From assembly GCA_013239625.1 (NCBI GenBank), contig MU054466.1, forward strand, positions 806,001 through 870,000: 64,000 nt of DNA, given 5' to 3'. The notes beneath the pieces are model-generated. The model was not told the DNA's origin. It searched no databases and worked only from the letters and a program-made list of their open reading frames with translations. The stretch is from Lama guanicoe. Taxonomy: Eukaryota. Made by a program: the position numbers and the translations under genes. Positions 26,728-39,431 of this stretch are shown one piece after another (the first letter of the stretch is position 1; every line of letters begins with the position of its first letter).

Positions 26728-29700
26728 ACAACGTGCATGTTAACGTGGCCAAGCCCACTGACCTTTCGTGATTCCGTCTATTGCTTTCGGCTTAAAAATC
26801 CCTCCCCGTTGAGAAGCCCGCTTACTTGTTTTCCTCTCAGGTGCTACCACTTGACTCGTGGCGGTCACGCTGACGTTATTCTGACGTGTGGTCTGAGGCA
26901 AGATATCTGACCCCCCTACCCAACCCCCGCCCGCCTGCCGGCTTGGAGCTGTCGGTTTGGGGGTGTCATGGGGGCTGGTCGGTGTCAGGTGAGCTGGCGA
27001 GCATGTGCTGGGGTGTAAATGCCCCCGGTGTCACCGCAGCCCGGGAGGGAGGCAGGGACAGGCACCTTGGCCCCGCACACACCGCCTTCATCATCACTGT
27101 TGGCGGGCGTTTTCCTCGTGTGGACACATCAGCTTTTACAACTTGTGTCTTCGCACGAGGGAGCTGGACTCTGCAGTCCCTTCCCGTGGGAATTCATCTG
27201 AGTAAAGCAGAAGCCTTAATCACACCCAGAAAGAGCGTCTCTTACACCAGAAGCGTGACCCCTGCTGGGGGCGGGGGTGGGCTGCCCCCCACGGTGGGGC
27301 TTCCTTCCAGGGTCCCCGGCCCAGGCCCCCAGGCTGGAGCCGCCCCTCGAGGAGCTTGGGACCAGGGTTCGCCCTGTGCTCTCGGCCACCCACAGGCCCT
27401 GCTTCTCCCTGTGATGTCACCGCCCTGTTCCCAGTGTCCTGGCTCCCTGCCCCCCTGCCCCCAGTTCTGCCCACAGAGCGGGCATGCAGCAACGGGGAGA
27501 GCAGGGAGGGGGCCAGGCCAGGGGCCCCGGGCTCCTGTCTGGAGCTTCCTTACCCTACCCTTTTGTTGGGGGAAGATAGGCAGCCTGTGTGCCTGCAAGG
27601 TGCCCCCGGCTGTGGGTGCCCCGAGGGAAAGGGGCTGCCTCTTGGGGAGTGAGCTGCACAGTAGTGGAGGGGTGCGTGCTGACGCCCACAGCCACTTGAC
27701 AGGAACCTAGCCCGTGGGGCCGAGCAGGGTCAGGTGGCCCTGAGACCCAAGACGCCACCCTCCCCCATCTGGATGATGGGGCCATTCTGGCTGCCTACCA
27801 CTGCTTAAGGCGGCTTAGACAGGGGCCGCCTGCCCCAGCGAGGGCAGCTCGGATGGAGGAAGTTCACAGAGCGGCTCCAGGGAGCAGGTGCCGGGGGCCC
27901 GGGGTGCCTGGGGCCTCTCACTCCCATGGGGCACACAGGGCACCTGAGGAGTGGGCAGACCCTGGAAGCAGAGCCCAGAGTTCAAAAGGAGGCTGGCGTG
28001 AGCCGAAGGAGTGGGGGCCACACCCCACGAACTCCCTGCCCCCGCCTGCGTGTAGCACTGCTGGACCCAGTTGGGGTGGTCTGCATAGCCCCAGGGCAGA
28101 CCTGGACAGTGAAACGGACCCTCAGAGAGAACCGCCCAGGGCTCAGCAGTCCTGCTGGCTCTGCCCCGTGGGTGGCGAGCCCTCCTCCACCCCAGCTGGA
28201 CCAGGTCAGGTGACCTGCTTGAAGTCCTCTGGCACCAGACTGGGGGAGTGGGGCCTGCAGGAGGGCAGGCAGTTTGCAGGAGCCGGGGGCTCATTGAATG
28301 GGGTACAGCCAAGGGCTTGGGTTGACCTTCAGCCACTCCCCAAATTGTCCCTGTGGTCTGGACTTCAACTGGGTGGGGGTTATTTTTTTACCTTTGGCCG
28401 TCTCAGCGGGGTAGGGGTGGGGGCGGCAGGGATGGAGCAGGTGGGGAGTGGCCACCCCGTGGCCTCGTTAGGGGACCAGCCTCTTTCCCTGTGGCCCCCC
28501 TCACCCTCCGCTCAGCCGGCAGGAGGCCTGGGGCACCTCTCAGCCCACCCTTCGCCCCCTGCCCGGGGCTGGGTGAAGTGGGGGAGGGCAGGGGGAGGGT
28601 CTTAGGGTGGGGGCCTCTGTGGTGTGTGCCAGGCCTGGCTGACATTTCGGGGTGGTGTTCCTCTATTGCATGCTCAGCGTGGGGTGTCCCCACTTCCAGA
28701 TGGGGGAGCTGAGGCTCAGGGGCCCACAGCTGGCGGGTGGGTGGGCTTCCAGCCCAGGGAGGCCCTGGTGCTCCGACCACCGTCTGCCTGGCCAGGGGAG
28801 GGTGGGCAGGTGGCTTCTTTCCACCAGGAGCCCCCGGTACTGGCACAAGGCCACAGAGACTGGTGCCAGCACCTGCTCGCTGAGGGTAAACAGACATGCC
28901 AGGCGTCCATCTCCGGTGGGGAGCATCCCGGAAGCAGCAGAGAGGGCAGGACCGCAGGGCCAGTTGGTCCCACAGCGGCCGAGGGCCCCAGAGAGCAAAG
29001 GAGGCTTCTCTGTAGGGGGTTGGGCTCCCCCTCACCTCTGACCCTTCCACCCCCTCTCCCGGAGCTGCACATGGCGGAGGTGGGCTGGGCCCTGGGCAGC
29101 CTGGCCTGTGGCCCCCGACCAGGAGCTGCCCCAGGAGCCGCTGCCCCTCCCCAGGGCCCTCCGAGGCGGTGCCTGTCCGCCTGTGGCCACGTTGCTCTGC
29201 AGAACGGGCAGCAGCTGTGGGTGCTCATGGCGGTCTGGCTTTCCCTCCTGCTTTGGGGGTAGGGATGGGACCTCTGGGGACAGTTCTGTTGGAATAGGTC
29301 CTGGAGGCATTGAGTGGACAGAAATGCCTGTGGAGGCCTGGGGTCCCCCGAATGGGGCCCAGGCCAGGCATCACCAGCCAGCGGGGCGGCACCTCAGGGG
29401 GCACCCTCCTGTCACTGAGGTGTTAGTGGAGGCCACGGGGCAGAGTGGGGGTGGGTCCCAAGCCCAGCAGCCCCAAGCCTGGACCCTGGAGCTGCATGCA
29501 CCCCTCTGAGCCAGCCGCCACCCCCAGTCGCTGCTCCTCCATCCCCACAACCAGAGGCCTACCTTGGCCGCCCAGAGGAAGCCTGGTGCCTGGTGCCCTG
29601 CCCTGCAGCCCCCAGACCCTGACCCTATCCTGGAGCCCCTCATGGTCACAGAAGGGGGCTGGCATGTCCGTACCTGCCTGTCCACCGCAGTGTTCTGTAG

Positions 29701-31110
29701 CCAGAATCAAGCCGGCACCTCACCCACAGCAGGACCCCCGGCCAGGCTCTCCCTGCCCCTGCCCACGTGCTGGCTCCAGTGTGTGGCTTGTTTGCTCTGT
29801 GGAATTAAATCCCCGCCTGTGGCCGCTCTGCCCTTCCTCATGGCCCTCCGGCCCCACCTCAGGCCGGAGGGTCCTGGCTCCCTCCGCTGGTCAGCACAGG
29901 CCGTGGTTGTTTCCAGGCCCCAGGTGTCTCCCTGGTGTTTGCACCAGAGAGCGGGAGGGAGGGGGCAGTCACACCTCTCGCCAAGGTTGTCCAAGAACGA
30001 AATGCGGTGCCGACCTCTCGAGCTCCGGGAAGAGGTGGGCCGTGAGTGTGGGCTTGGAGTGGACCCACACAGGCCTCCCTGGCCGGTGGGCGTCTCCGAG
30101 GGGTGGTGGAGGGGACTCAGGCTGGGAGCTGGGAGTCAGGTGTGGGCCCGGCCTAGGCTCCCATGCACCGGCCCTGTCAGCGTTTGGGTGTGACTGTAAC
30201 TTCCCAGAGCCTCAGTTTTCTCCTCTCTGAAGTGGGCACAATGGTACCCTGAGCAGGCTGGTCGGAGGGCCTTGGGAGGGGTGCGTGTGCATGTCCACGC
30301 TGTGTGGGTACAGCTGGGTTCTCGGCCACTCCTGGTCTGTCCTCAGGCTGCAGGCAGGGCACAGAGAAGGGCTCCGGGAGCCAGAGCTGGAGCTGCAGAG
30401 GGCGGCGGCCCGGGTGCAGGACTTGAGTGGGTGAAGCCCAAATGCAGCCTCAGGGATCTGGAACTGCCTCCCCGAGCGCTGGTGGCCCAGAGGGAGGCCT
30501 CAGGGATCTGCAGGTGATGCTGGAGGGGGCAGGCCCTCCTCCCCTCAGGGTGCCCTGACTGCGAGGGAAGGGCCCGGGCGCACTGGTGACAGCGAGCAGT
30601 CTCCGAGCTGCCACGGGGCTCAGTGTCCTCGTGTGCAGAATGGCTCCTTCGGTGACACTCCCGACACCTGCTACTGTCTCCTAGGGGCGGGGGGCTACTG
30701 TGGTTTTGACTCCAGTAACCGACAGCTTTTGTAGATTTGGGAATTCAAGTCCAAGACCCTCTCTAGCCCTGCCGGTCTGTCTGGTCCTCGCCCCGCCCAC
30801 ACAGACCCCCGTCAGGGATGAGGGCACTAGGGAGCGGGAGGGGCCCGCCCAGGCCCCACCTGCCCCCTGCTCTGCCGCTGAGCCGAGTACTTCGTGCCAG
30901 GTGGCCCCCCGGGAGCCAGCTCTGTGGCCAAAGGTGGGGGTGACCTGCAGGAGGGCCGCCCCCGGGACTGGCACCCTCGGGGAGGCTGAAGGCTGGTTGT
31001 CCTGCCCACCCGCAGCCTGTGCGGCCCGGAGGGGCAGGTGGGCCGTGGGCCTGGGGCCTGCGGCCTTCCAGGCCCGGGACCCAGCCAGCAGCAGTGGGAG
31101 ACGCTGGGGC

Positions 31111-31174
31111 GCGCACGTGTGCAGGCGGAGGCGGGCGGGGAGCCTGCTGAGCACAGTGGGTTGCCATGGCAACC
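31111..31174. promoter_or_regulatory. Intronic regulatory module: E-box, GC box and perfect RFX X-box
   Basis: CACGTG at 31114-31119, GGGCGGGG at about 31133, palindrome GGTTGCCATGGCAACC at 31159-31174. Confidence 0.65.
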
Positions 31175-32945
31175 GCGCATCCCGGGGGCTTCTGCGGCTT
31201 CCTGAGGGTGCAGCTGCCGTCAGGGCCGAGTTAGGGAGTGCTGTGTGCTCTGGGTGGGAGAGCCTGGTGGGGGCCTACCTGGGGGTGGGGTGGTGGCGCA
31301 CACACACACTCACACGCAGGCACCCCTGAAGCCTTACCTGTGGAGGCCCCAGGGAAGGTATGTCTCCCAGTCCCATGGGAGTGGGGGACGCAGCAGGGTT
31401 CCAGGGTCTCCAGGGGCAGGCTGAGCGGGTTTCCCCTGCTCTCCTGGCCCCTGGCCCCTGCTGGTCCCCACATAGCGGGCCTCTCTTCTCCGTGTGTGGG
31501 TGTCAGAAACAGGCTCAGAGACCAGGCTGTTGGGCTCACACTGCCTCCAGGAAGCCCTCTCAGATACCCCATTAGCTGGCAGCCCTGGCTTCCCATGGGG
31601 GAGCAGAAGACCGCGAAGCACAAGCACATTAGTCAGAGGTCAGCTGTCCCCCCCGGGGCAGGTGCCTCCCCATTGCTGAGCCTCTGTTTCCTCCTGTCCA
31701 GGGGAGACAGGTGTGGCAGCACCTCGGTGGCCAGTTAGGACCCAGTGAGGTGCTGCTGAGACCTGCTCTGCCCTGAGCGACCTGTGATGACAGGTGTGCT
31801 GGGGCAGGGCGCGACTGGGTCCTGAGGCATCAGCCACTGGGAGCTGACGGGTTGGGGTGCTAAGTGGGCAGAGGGGCTGGGCGCAGGTGGGAAACCTCCA
31901 GGGGCTGAATGGAAGGCAGAGTCCTCAGGGAACAGGGGAAGGGGCGTGCACTGGAGCCAGGCTCGTGCGACAGGAGGGCAGAACGGGGTGGAGCTGCCAG
32001 CCCAGCGTGCTGTCCGATTGGGACCCACCTTGCCGTCCTGTGGGCATCAGATGGGCCGAGCGTCCCCAAAGCCCCCGCTCTGCAGGGGACGGGGGCAGCT
32101 CGGAGCCCTAGTTTGTGTTTGGGGGCATGTGATGCCTGGGCACCAGCTTCCCCATCTGGTGCGGGGCAGCCGTGAGGTGGGGGCTCCCATGGACCAGGTG
32201 CTGTAGAGGGGGGTTCCCATTGTCCTCAGGATGGAAACAGCAACAGGGGGTCTTCGGTGTGCGCTCAGCAAGAGGGTGACTCGGAAATGCCGGGCTGTGT
32301 GGACGGACTCTGCTGCCTGACTTTGGGGACTGTGGGGTCCCCATGCCTTGGAGGTAGACAGGTCTTGTGTCTCCTGGCCCCGACCCCTAGCTGCCCAGAG
32401 CCTGGCACGTGGCCAGCAGGCGAGTCCGCAATCCCACTTAGTGGGGCCTGAGTCCCCCTCCTGCCCCAACTCCGGCTCTCCCAGCCCCCTCCCAGCGCTG
32501 TCCCATAGCTTTGGCAATGATGACAGCCCCTAGGGCATGCTCTGGAGGGGTGAGGTGGTCAGTCTGAGATATGTGGGAGGAGGTCCCCGTAGCCCTGAGA
32601 CCCTGACCTCATGGAGGGGTGTCCAGGAGCCCCCAGAAGTGGGAGTCAAGCTGGCCTCGGCAGCTCTGCCAGCCCCGTGTCCCCGGGAGAGGCCAGTGCA
32701 GCACCCAGACTTGGGCTGCCATGGCCACCGCCCCGTGTGTCCACCTGCCCTGGGCCTGGTGGCCGTGCCTCCGAGTGTGGAGTCCTGGAGCAACGGTCAG
32801 GGTGCGAAAGCTCAGACCGCAGTGAGTCAGGGGGCTGTGGGGGTGGGAGCAGGTCTTGCTGGCCCCTTGGGTGCACCTAGGGGGCCGGGTGCAGCCCGGT
32901 GGCTGGGCCGCAGAGCCGCCCCGTAACCACTCTCTCCTTCGGCAG

Positions 32946-33079
32946 ACGGCGCCCCGCTCAGCGAGCTCTCCTGGTCGTCCTCCCTGTCCGTGGTGGCGGT
33001 GTCCTTCTCCGGGCTCTTCACGGTCATCGCCTTCATGCTGGCCTGCCTGTGCTGTAAGAAGGGCGGCATCGGGTTCAAG
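32946..33079 (+). CDS. AATK: AATK exon 2 (transmembrane segment; internal ATG 33035 gives MLACLCCKK, the palmitoylated isoform A start)
   Basis: ggcag|AC GGC...: DGAPLSELSWSSSLSVVAVSFSGLFTVIAFMLACLCCKKGGIGFK; donor AAG|GTGAGG. Confidence 0.96.
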
Positions 33080-35876
33080 GTGAGGGCTGGGGACTGAGGG
33101 GGCTGTGGACGGGGCACCGAGGGCCGGCCCTCTGCTGTCCACTCAGCACTGGGCTCCCCTCCCTCCTGGGGACCGTAGGGACCCGACTGGGGTTCCCACA
33201 GCCCCGCCTCTGCAGTCGGGGGCTCTCAGGAGCCCTGCCCTCTGCCTCCCCCATGCTGGGTCCCCCTAGGGTGGCATGGCCTCATGTGCCAGCTTCAGGT
33301 CAGACCTCTGTGTTCGGTGCATGGGTCAAGCACCCCAGGACAGCGAGGATGGGCCTTGAGGGGCTGCCAGAGCCCCTGGGCCTGTGTGGGCCGGGCTCTA
33401 TGCCCAGGGGGTCCTCGAGTCCCTGCTCTTCAGACTCACAAGGGAAGCCAAAGTCGCTTAGACTTCCTGGCACCAAAAACACGTGGCCAGCTGGAGTCTT
33501 TGGACATTTCCTGCCCCCCGAGGAAGGGACCGTGTGCCTCATAGGAATGGGGGGATGGGGCAGCAGGAGCGGTCATTGTCCTCTTTTTCACACTGCTAGA
33601 TGCGGGGTCTGCCTTCTCTTAGGCTGCCCTCCCAGGGCTAAGCTCCCGGGGTTGTCCTGGGCTGGTTCCAGGGCTGAGGTGCTCCTCCTGAGGATGGCCG
33701 AGGGGCATCCACTGGGGTGCTGTTCGCCAATTCTGCAAGCACCTGTGGCTGTCCCCCACATCCAGCTGCAACTTTGAGTGGGGAGGACCAGGAGAGAAAG
33801 CTGGGATCTGAGGACCCCAACCGGAGCCCCCGCCCCCAGCCCCGTGGGCCGTGTTCTGCCGATGTAGCACATAGCAGCCGGCCTTGGTCATTCTCCCGCC
33901 CACTCGTCAGCCCTGCCCTGGGCTGGAGGTCAGATTCCTGGGCCTGGCAAGCTTGGCAGGGGGCTGCCCTGGGCCCAGCACAGCGCCCCTTTCGTGTCCA
34001 CGCTCCGTGACCCACATAGTGGCGTCACCCCCGTTTTAGAGAAACAGTGCTTGTCCTCGCCCGCTGGTGCACCTCATCACAGAGGGGCCAGGGGAGCTGG
34101 CAGCTGCCTGGGACTTGCCTTTTAAGAAGGTGGCTTTGGTGCATTTCACGGCAGGGCCGTCCTCCCGGAGCCCTCCGAGGGGTCGGCCAGGGAAGCTGAG
34201 AGCTTGGGCAGCAGGGCTGTGGTCTCAGGTGTCCTCGCGCCCGGCCGTGGCGAGCCGGCCTCCCTGGCCTGCGGGCCCGCAGTGCACTGGGCCAGGCAAG
34301 GCTGGCAGGATGCCGGGGCCAGAGCGGCGAGGTTGTGGGGGTGCTGCGGTGGGGCGGGGGCTCAGGGTGGGGCTTGTGGCCATTGTATAAGTCAGCCCCT
34401 CCTCAGGGCCCTGAGAGAACAAGGCCCCAAACAGGGGCCAGTGCCAACCCTCCTACCAGCGCCCTCCTCACCTCCTGGGGGACATGGTGCTGGAACATTC
34501 CAGCACCAGTGCGCCTTGGTGGGAGGGCCTGCCTGGCAGCCTCCTGCCTAGGCCCTGGGGGCCGGAGCTGTGCTGGGGGAGGGGCTGGGCGGCGATGCTC
34601 ACACTGTCTTACCTGATCGCCCGCTGTGCTGGCTCAATCCCGCGGGCCTCCAGGGGGCACTGTCAGGTAATGGGCTGGGGCCAGGGCCGGACCCTGGTCG
34701 GGGTGGGCGGGCGTGTGTCCTCTGCAGCTGGGCTTACAGGGCAGCAGGGTGGCCTGCCAGGCCTTGGGGATGGGAGGCACTCAGGCCCTGTCCCCAGTGG
34801 CTCTGTCCTTTCTGGGTACAGACTGGAACCGGCCTGCAGGGACACCGCAGAGGGCTCCCAGCCTCTCTTGCAGCTGAGAAGACTGAGGCCTGGGGAAGGA
34901 GGGTCCACAGGGCTGGCCCGCTGCAGCTCCTGGAAGTCCCTGGAGCGCTCGGGTCTGCTTCCCACCTGGCAGTGGGCTGTGGGGCCAGATGGGCCCACGG
35001 CCTTGTTACTATGGCTCCGCTTCCGACCCAGGGTTTCTTGGGCTGACTTGGTCTTCAGCTCAGGAGGGGGCTTCCTCAGACAGGTGTGGCAGCTGCATTT
35101 CAAAACAGCAGCCCGGCCAGGTGGGGCCAGCCCCAGTGCCCAGGGCCAGGCTCTCAAGGAGCCCAGGGGGTCGATGACCGCCTGCTGGCCTGGGTCAAGG
35201 TCAGGGGCGCTGTGGTAGGTGGCAGTGCCGGCCGGGGGTAAAGATGGGGAGGTGCCCCCAGGAATGCTCCTTGTCCAGGAGGGGCGGGGGCACCTGATCA
35301 CTTGACCACTGGGGCAGGGTGGGTGGCGTGGTGGAGCCCCTGTTCTCAATCCCCAGCTGTGACTTGGAGGTGAGTGCCCCCCCAGCAGGGGGCCACGGGC
35401 ACGTCCCGCTGGGTGAAGGCTGCTGGGAGTTGGGGGTGCTGAGAGGAGTTGGGGCCTGACTCTGGACGGGCGGGGTCAGCTGGCCTCAGCCTCCTGGTCT
35501 CTTGCCTCCAGCCCCGCACCACCCCCTGCCAGTGTGGCACCAGCACCGGCCCTTCCCCCCGCAGGGATGGGCGTGGATGAGCTGAGGCTGGGGAGGCACT
35601 GCTGCCCGGGGACTCATGGCTCAGGGCACCCCCCCAACCAGCACAAACCAAACCCCGCCCTCCTGGGGCAGCTGGTGTCCCTGGAGGGGGTGGCTAGGGG
35701 TAGGTTCTGTTCTCCACCCTGAGGAGCGAGGAGGTAGGTGGTGGGGGCAGCTGGCAGGGGTGCCGGTGGGAGCTGGGCCCTGGGAAGAAAGGGGCCTTTC
35801 AGAGCCTAGCCTGCACCCCGACCCTCCCCATCTCGGGAGCCTGGAGCTCACCCTGTGTGTCGCCCGTTTGGCCCAG

Positions 35877-36021
35877 GAGTTTGAGAATGCCGAGGGGGAA
35901 GGGTACCCGGCCGGCTTCTCGGCACAGGGCTCCCCGGCGGCGGCTCCGAGCGGACCCGACGTGTATGTCCTGCCCCTCACCGAGGTCTCCCTGCCCATGG
36001 CCAAGCAGCCAGGGCGGTCAG
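35877..36021 (+). CDS. AATK: AATK exon 3
   Basis: EFENAEGEGYPAGFSAQGSPAAAPSGPDVYVLPLTEVSLPMAKQPGRS; AG/GT boundaries; phase-consistent. Confidence 0.96.
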
Positions 36022-38450
36022 GTGAGTGGCCCCCAGGGGGCCCCGGAGATGGGTGGGGTGCCGCTTGGGGGCCTGTGCTCCTGGGGAGGGCAGCCAGGGG
36101 GCTGGTCTGGGCCCCCTTCTGCTGGGACCTGGGGCGCGGTGAGCAAGCCCGGGGACAGTCCCCCCCCGCTTGGGGCTGCATGCAAAGGGGGTGGGCGTTG
36201 CTCCCTCCGGTCCTGGTACAGGCACCCGTGTGCTGGGAGGAGGGGCTTCTCCATGGTCCCTGGGATGCTTGACCCTGGACGTGGACGTGGGCTCCATTGT
36301 GCCCAAGGCCACCCACTGCGGGGAGGGGCCACCTCTGTGGGCAGGGCTGTGAATGGGCCTTTCACTCAGGACCCTGGGGTCGGGGCAGGAGGGGCCCTGG
36401 TCCCCTGTGCCTGCAGGTTGCAGGTGCAGGCGGGGCCTCTTTTCATGTCTTCCTTGTCATGTCTCCCGTTAGCCCCATCCCAGGGCCCCCCACCAGGCTG
36501 GCTCCCCACGTGGCAGACACGGGGCCAGAGCCCCAGAGGCTGGACAGATCAGTCGTCCAGCTGGGCTTTGAACCCACACCTGCCTGATGCCTGCACTGCA
36601 GGAACCCCTGGTTGTGTCTGGAGCCTGGGGGGGGGGCGGTTCACCAGGCCTCAGGCCCCCGGCCCCTTCCCTGGCAGCTCCTAGGCAAGGCTCCTCTGGG
36701 AGCACTGAGAGGGGTGTCAGGCCCTGCTGGGGCTCTGTCGGCACCAGGGCCTGTTACCATGGGGATGAGCAGGTCTGCTCCTCGCCTGCTTCTAATCTGG
36801 GCCTCACCAGGCCCTGAGCGTGATGCTGCCCACCGGGGAGTCCAGCCTTCATCATGGGCTGGGGGACCCCAAGGCAGTGGTCTGAGCCCCCAGAGCAGAC
36901 CTAGGGGACCACCAGCTGCCGGGCCCAGGGCTCCAATGAGCGTTGCTTCTCACCATCCCCCCAACCCCACCAGTGTCTCCTGGAGGAGACCTCACCAATT
37001 AACGAGGCAGGAATTTCAGGGCCCAGGGCTCCTCCTGTTAAGTGGCTCAAAGGAATACCCATGGAACTCTGGAAGTGGGGGCTCCTCTGTAGGAGGCCCC
37101 CAACCTTCCAGTGGGCGACTGAGCCTGTGCTTACTTTGCTGGACACTAGGAGCTGGTGTGGAGATGGGGCACCCCAGGGGGCACCGCGGCCTGGGCCTGT
37201 CACCCACCCCGGCAGTGTATATGCCAAAGAATCTTGGAGACTCAGCTTCTCTCTCCCCTTAGGGGGCTGTCCCTGGGGATTAGGGACACAGAAGAAGGCA
37301 GTGATGGCCTGTTTTCTTCCATTTTTCAGCTCTGGTCTGTTTTTTGTAGTGTACCCTGCTTCTGGGCAGTGGAGGGATTGTGGGTGATGCTAGGAGGAGG
37401 GCGGCCCAGCTGGCAGCAGGTGTCACCCCTTGAAACTGTAGGGGAGGTTGGCCCAGCCAGGCACAGTCTCCCGGCCCGCAGCCTGGCTCTGTGGGCACTG
37501 CCCCTTGGGTGCGGACTCAGGACCCCTGGCCCGCCATGCCTCCTGCAGCTGCAAGGAGCACTTTGCCGTTGGCTGGCAGTCGCACGCTCCACCTCCATCA
37601 CTGCCCCCGTGTCCACTGTCAGGACTGCTGAGCCTGCCTGGGGAGACCCCAGGCCAGAGGGGGAGCAGCAGGCTGGGGCCCAGGGGGAAGAGCCTCAGGA
37701 CTTAGGGCCCATCGGGACCCCTTACCCTGAATTCTGTTCAGCACCAAGGTCGACGTTGCCCCAGGCAGCATTCCCGGGGTCTCCAGTCCCTGGGGGCAAC
37801 CCCTCACCCTTCGGGGCCCCTGGCTGCCAGGCTCAGCCCAGCCCCTGGGCCCTCCAGGAAGTTGGCGTGGGAGCAGAATTCGGGGAATCCCTTGGGGGCG
37901 CAGGCAGGGTATGAGTGGGCTCAGCAGCTCTGGCCCTTCCTCCAGGGCCTCACTGACCCTTCCTCCCCGCTGACCTCACCAGCCCAGCCTGCAGGAGAAT
38001 GGCTCAGTGTGTTCCGTTCGGGGCTGTGCCAGGCAGCCCCCAACAAAGGAGCCTTTGGCGTGCCTGGCGCTGGAATGCCAGCCCGAGGCCGGGGTGGGGG
38101 TACAGGCCACTCCACTGCCATCCTCCCGATGGCCTCCGCCTCAGCCACACTGTCCGCTCAGCGCTGCCCGTGCACCGGTCCTGACTCCAGGCCCCACTGT
38201 CTCCTGCCTGGCTTGTCCCTGTAGCTTGGGGCACAGCCTTTCCAGACCCCCTGAGAAAGATGCCTGGATGTGGCTTGCAGGTGCCCAGTTCCCCTGGGTG
38301 GCAGACCTGCTCCTGACGGTGGGAGCAGGGGGCTCAGGGCGGCTTCCCAGAATGGGCCACACAGGCAGCCCTGCGAGGGACCAGTGAGGGTGAGAGACAG
38401 GGCAATGACGGAGGCTAAGCTGGCGTCCTGAGCCCCCTGCCCTGTTACAG

Positions 38451-38530
38451 TGCAGCTGCTCAAGTCCGCAGACCTGGGCCGGCACAGCCTCCTGTACCTG
38501 GAGGAGATTGGCCACGGCTGGTTCGGGAAG
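38451..38530 (+). CDS. AATK: AATK exon 4 (Gly-rich loop)
   Basis: VQLLKSADLGRHSLLYLEEIGHGWFGK. Confidence 0.96.
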
Positions 38531-39027
38531 GTGAGCTGCTGATCCTGGGGTTGTGGGGGAGGGACTGGCACCGTGGTCCTGCCTCGCAGGTGGAGACCTG
38601 CTTCTCCTAGGAGGCTCCCCAGCCTTGGGATTCCCTCTGAAGGCTCCACCCTGCCGGGCCCCTCCCTGGGGACCTCAAGGTCCCTCAGCCCCTTAGCGGA
38701 TCCTAGGATCACACTAGGATGTGCCTCTGAGTGGGCTGGGAGTGGGGGCAGGGAGCAGCACCTTGGTGCCGGCTCCTCCCTGGCCACCAGCCGGGGTGGG
38801 ACGGCGGGGCCTTCCTCACTGCGGACCCCGGAGTGCCGAGAACACCTGGGGACCTTAAGGAGACAGGCGCTGAGAGACAGTGGCACAGCCAGGAGGGCCC
38901 ACCCAGGAGGGTCCCAGGACCCATTTTGCAGACGAGTAAACTGAGGCACAGAGCGGGAGGACCGGCAGGGGCCGGGGGCAGAGCCTGAGGAGGGTGGAGG
39001 CTGCCCCCTGGTGACGCCTGCCCGCAG

Positions 39028-39146
39028 GTGTTCCTGGGGGAGGTGAACTCGGGCATCAGCAGCACGCAGGTGGTAGTGAAGGAGCTGAAGGCCAGCGCCA
39101 GCGTGCAGGAGCAGGTGCAGTTCCTGGAGGAGGCGCAGCCCTACAG
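39028..39146 (+). CDS. AATK: AATK exon 5 (catalytic Lys, helix C)
   Basis: VFLGEVNSGISSTQVVVKELKASASVQEQVQFLEEAQPYR. Confidence 0.96.
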
Positions 39147-39343
39147 GTAGGTGGAACCTGGGGACGGGTGCTGCGGGAGGGGGCGGGCGCCTGGCCGGGA
39201 GGTGGGGGCGCGGCCCGCAAACAAAGGCAAGCTCTGTGCCGTCTGGCTCCTCCCCTCCGCTGCAGAGCCAGCCCCCCTCCCCGCCCGCCCGCCCCCTCCT
39301 GCCCCGAGTGCGAGTCAGGGGGGCAGCCTGTTGGCTCCCGCAG

Positions 39344-39431
39344 GGCCCTGCAGCACAGCAACCTGCTCCAGTGCCTGGCCCAGTGCGCCGAGGTGACGCC
39401 CTACCTGCTGGTGCTGGAGTTCTGCCCCATG
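39344..39431 (+). CDS. AATK: AATK exon 6
   Basis: ALQHSNLLQCLAQCAEVTPYLLVLEFCPM. Confidence 0.96.

Noticed and set aside
37737-37757. REST/RE1-like TTCAGCACCAAGGTCG
   Set aside because: Only the left half-site matches; right half (GGACAG) is absent
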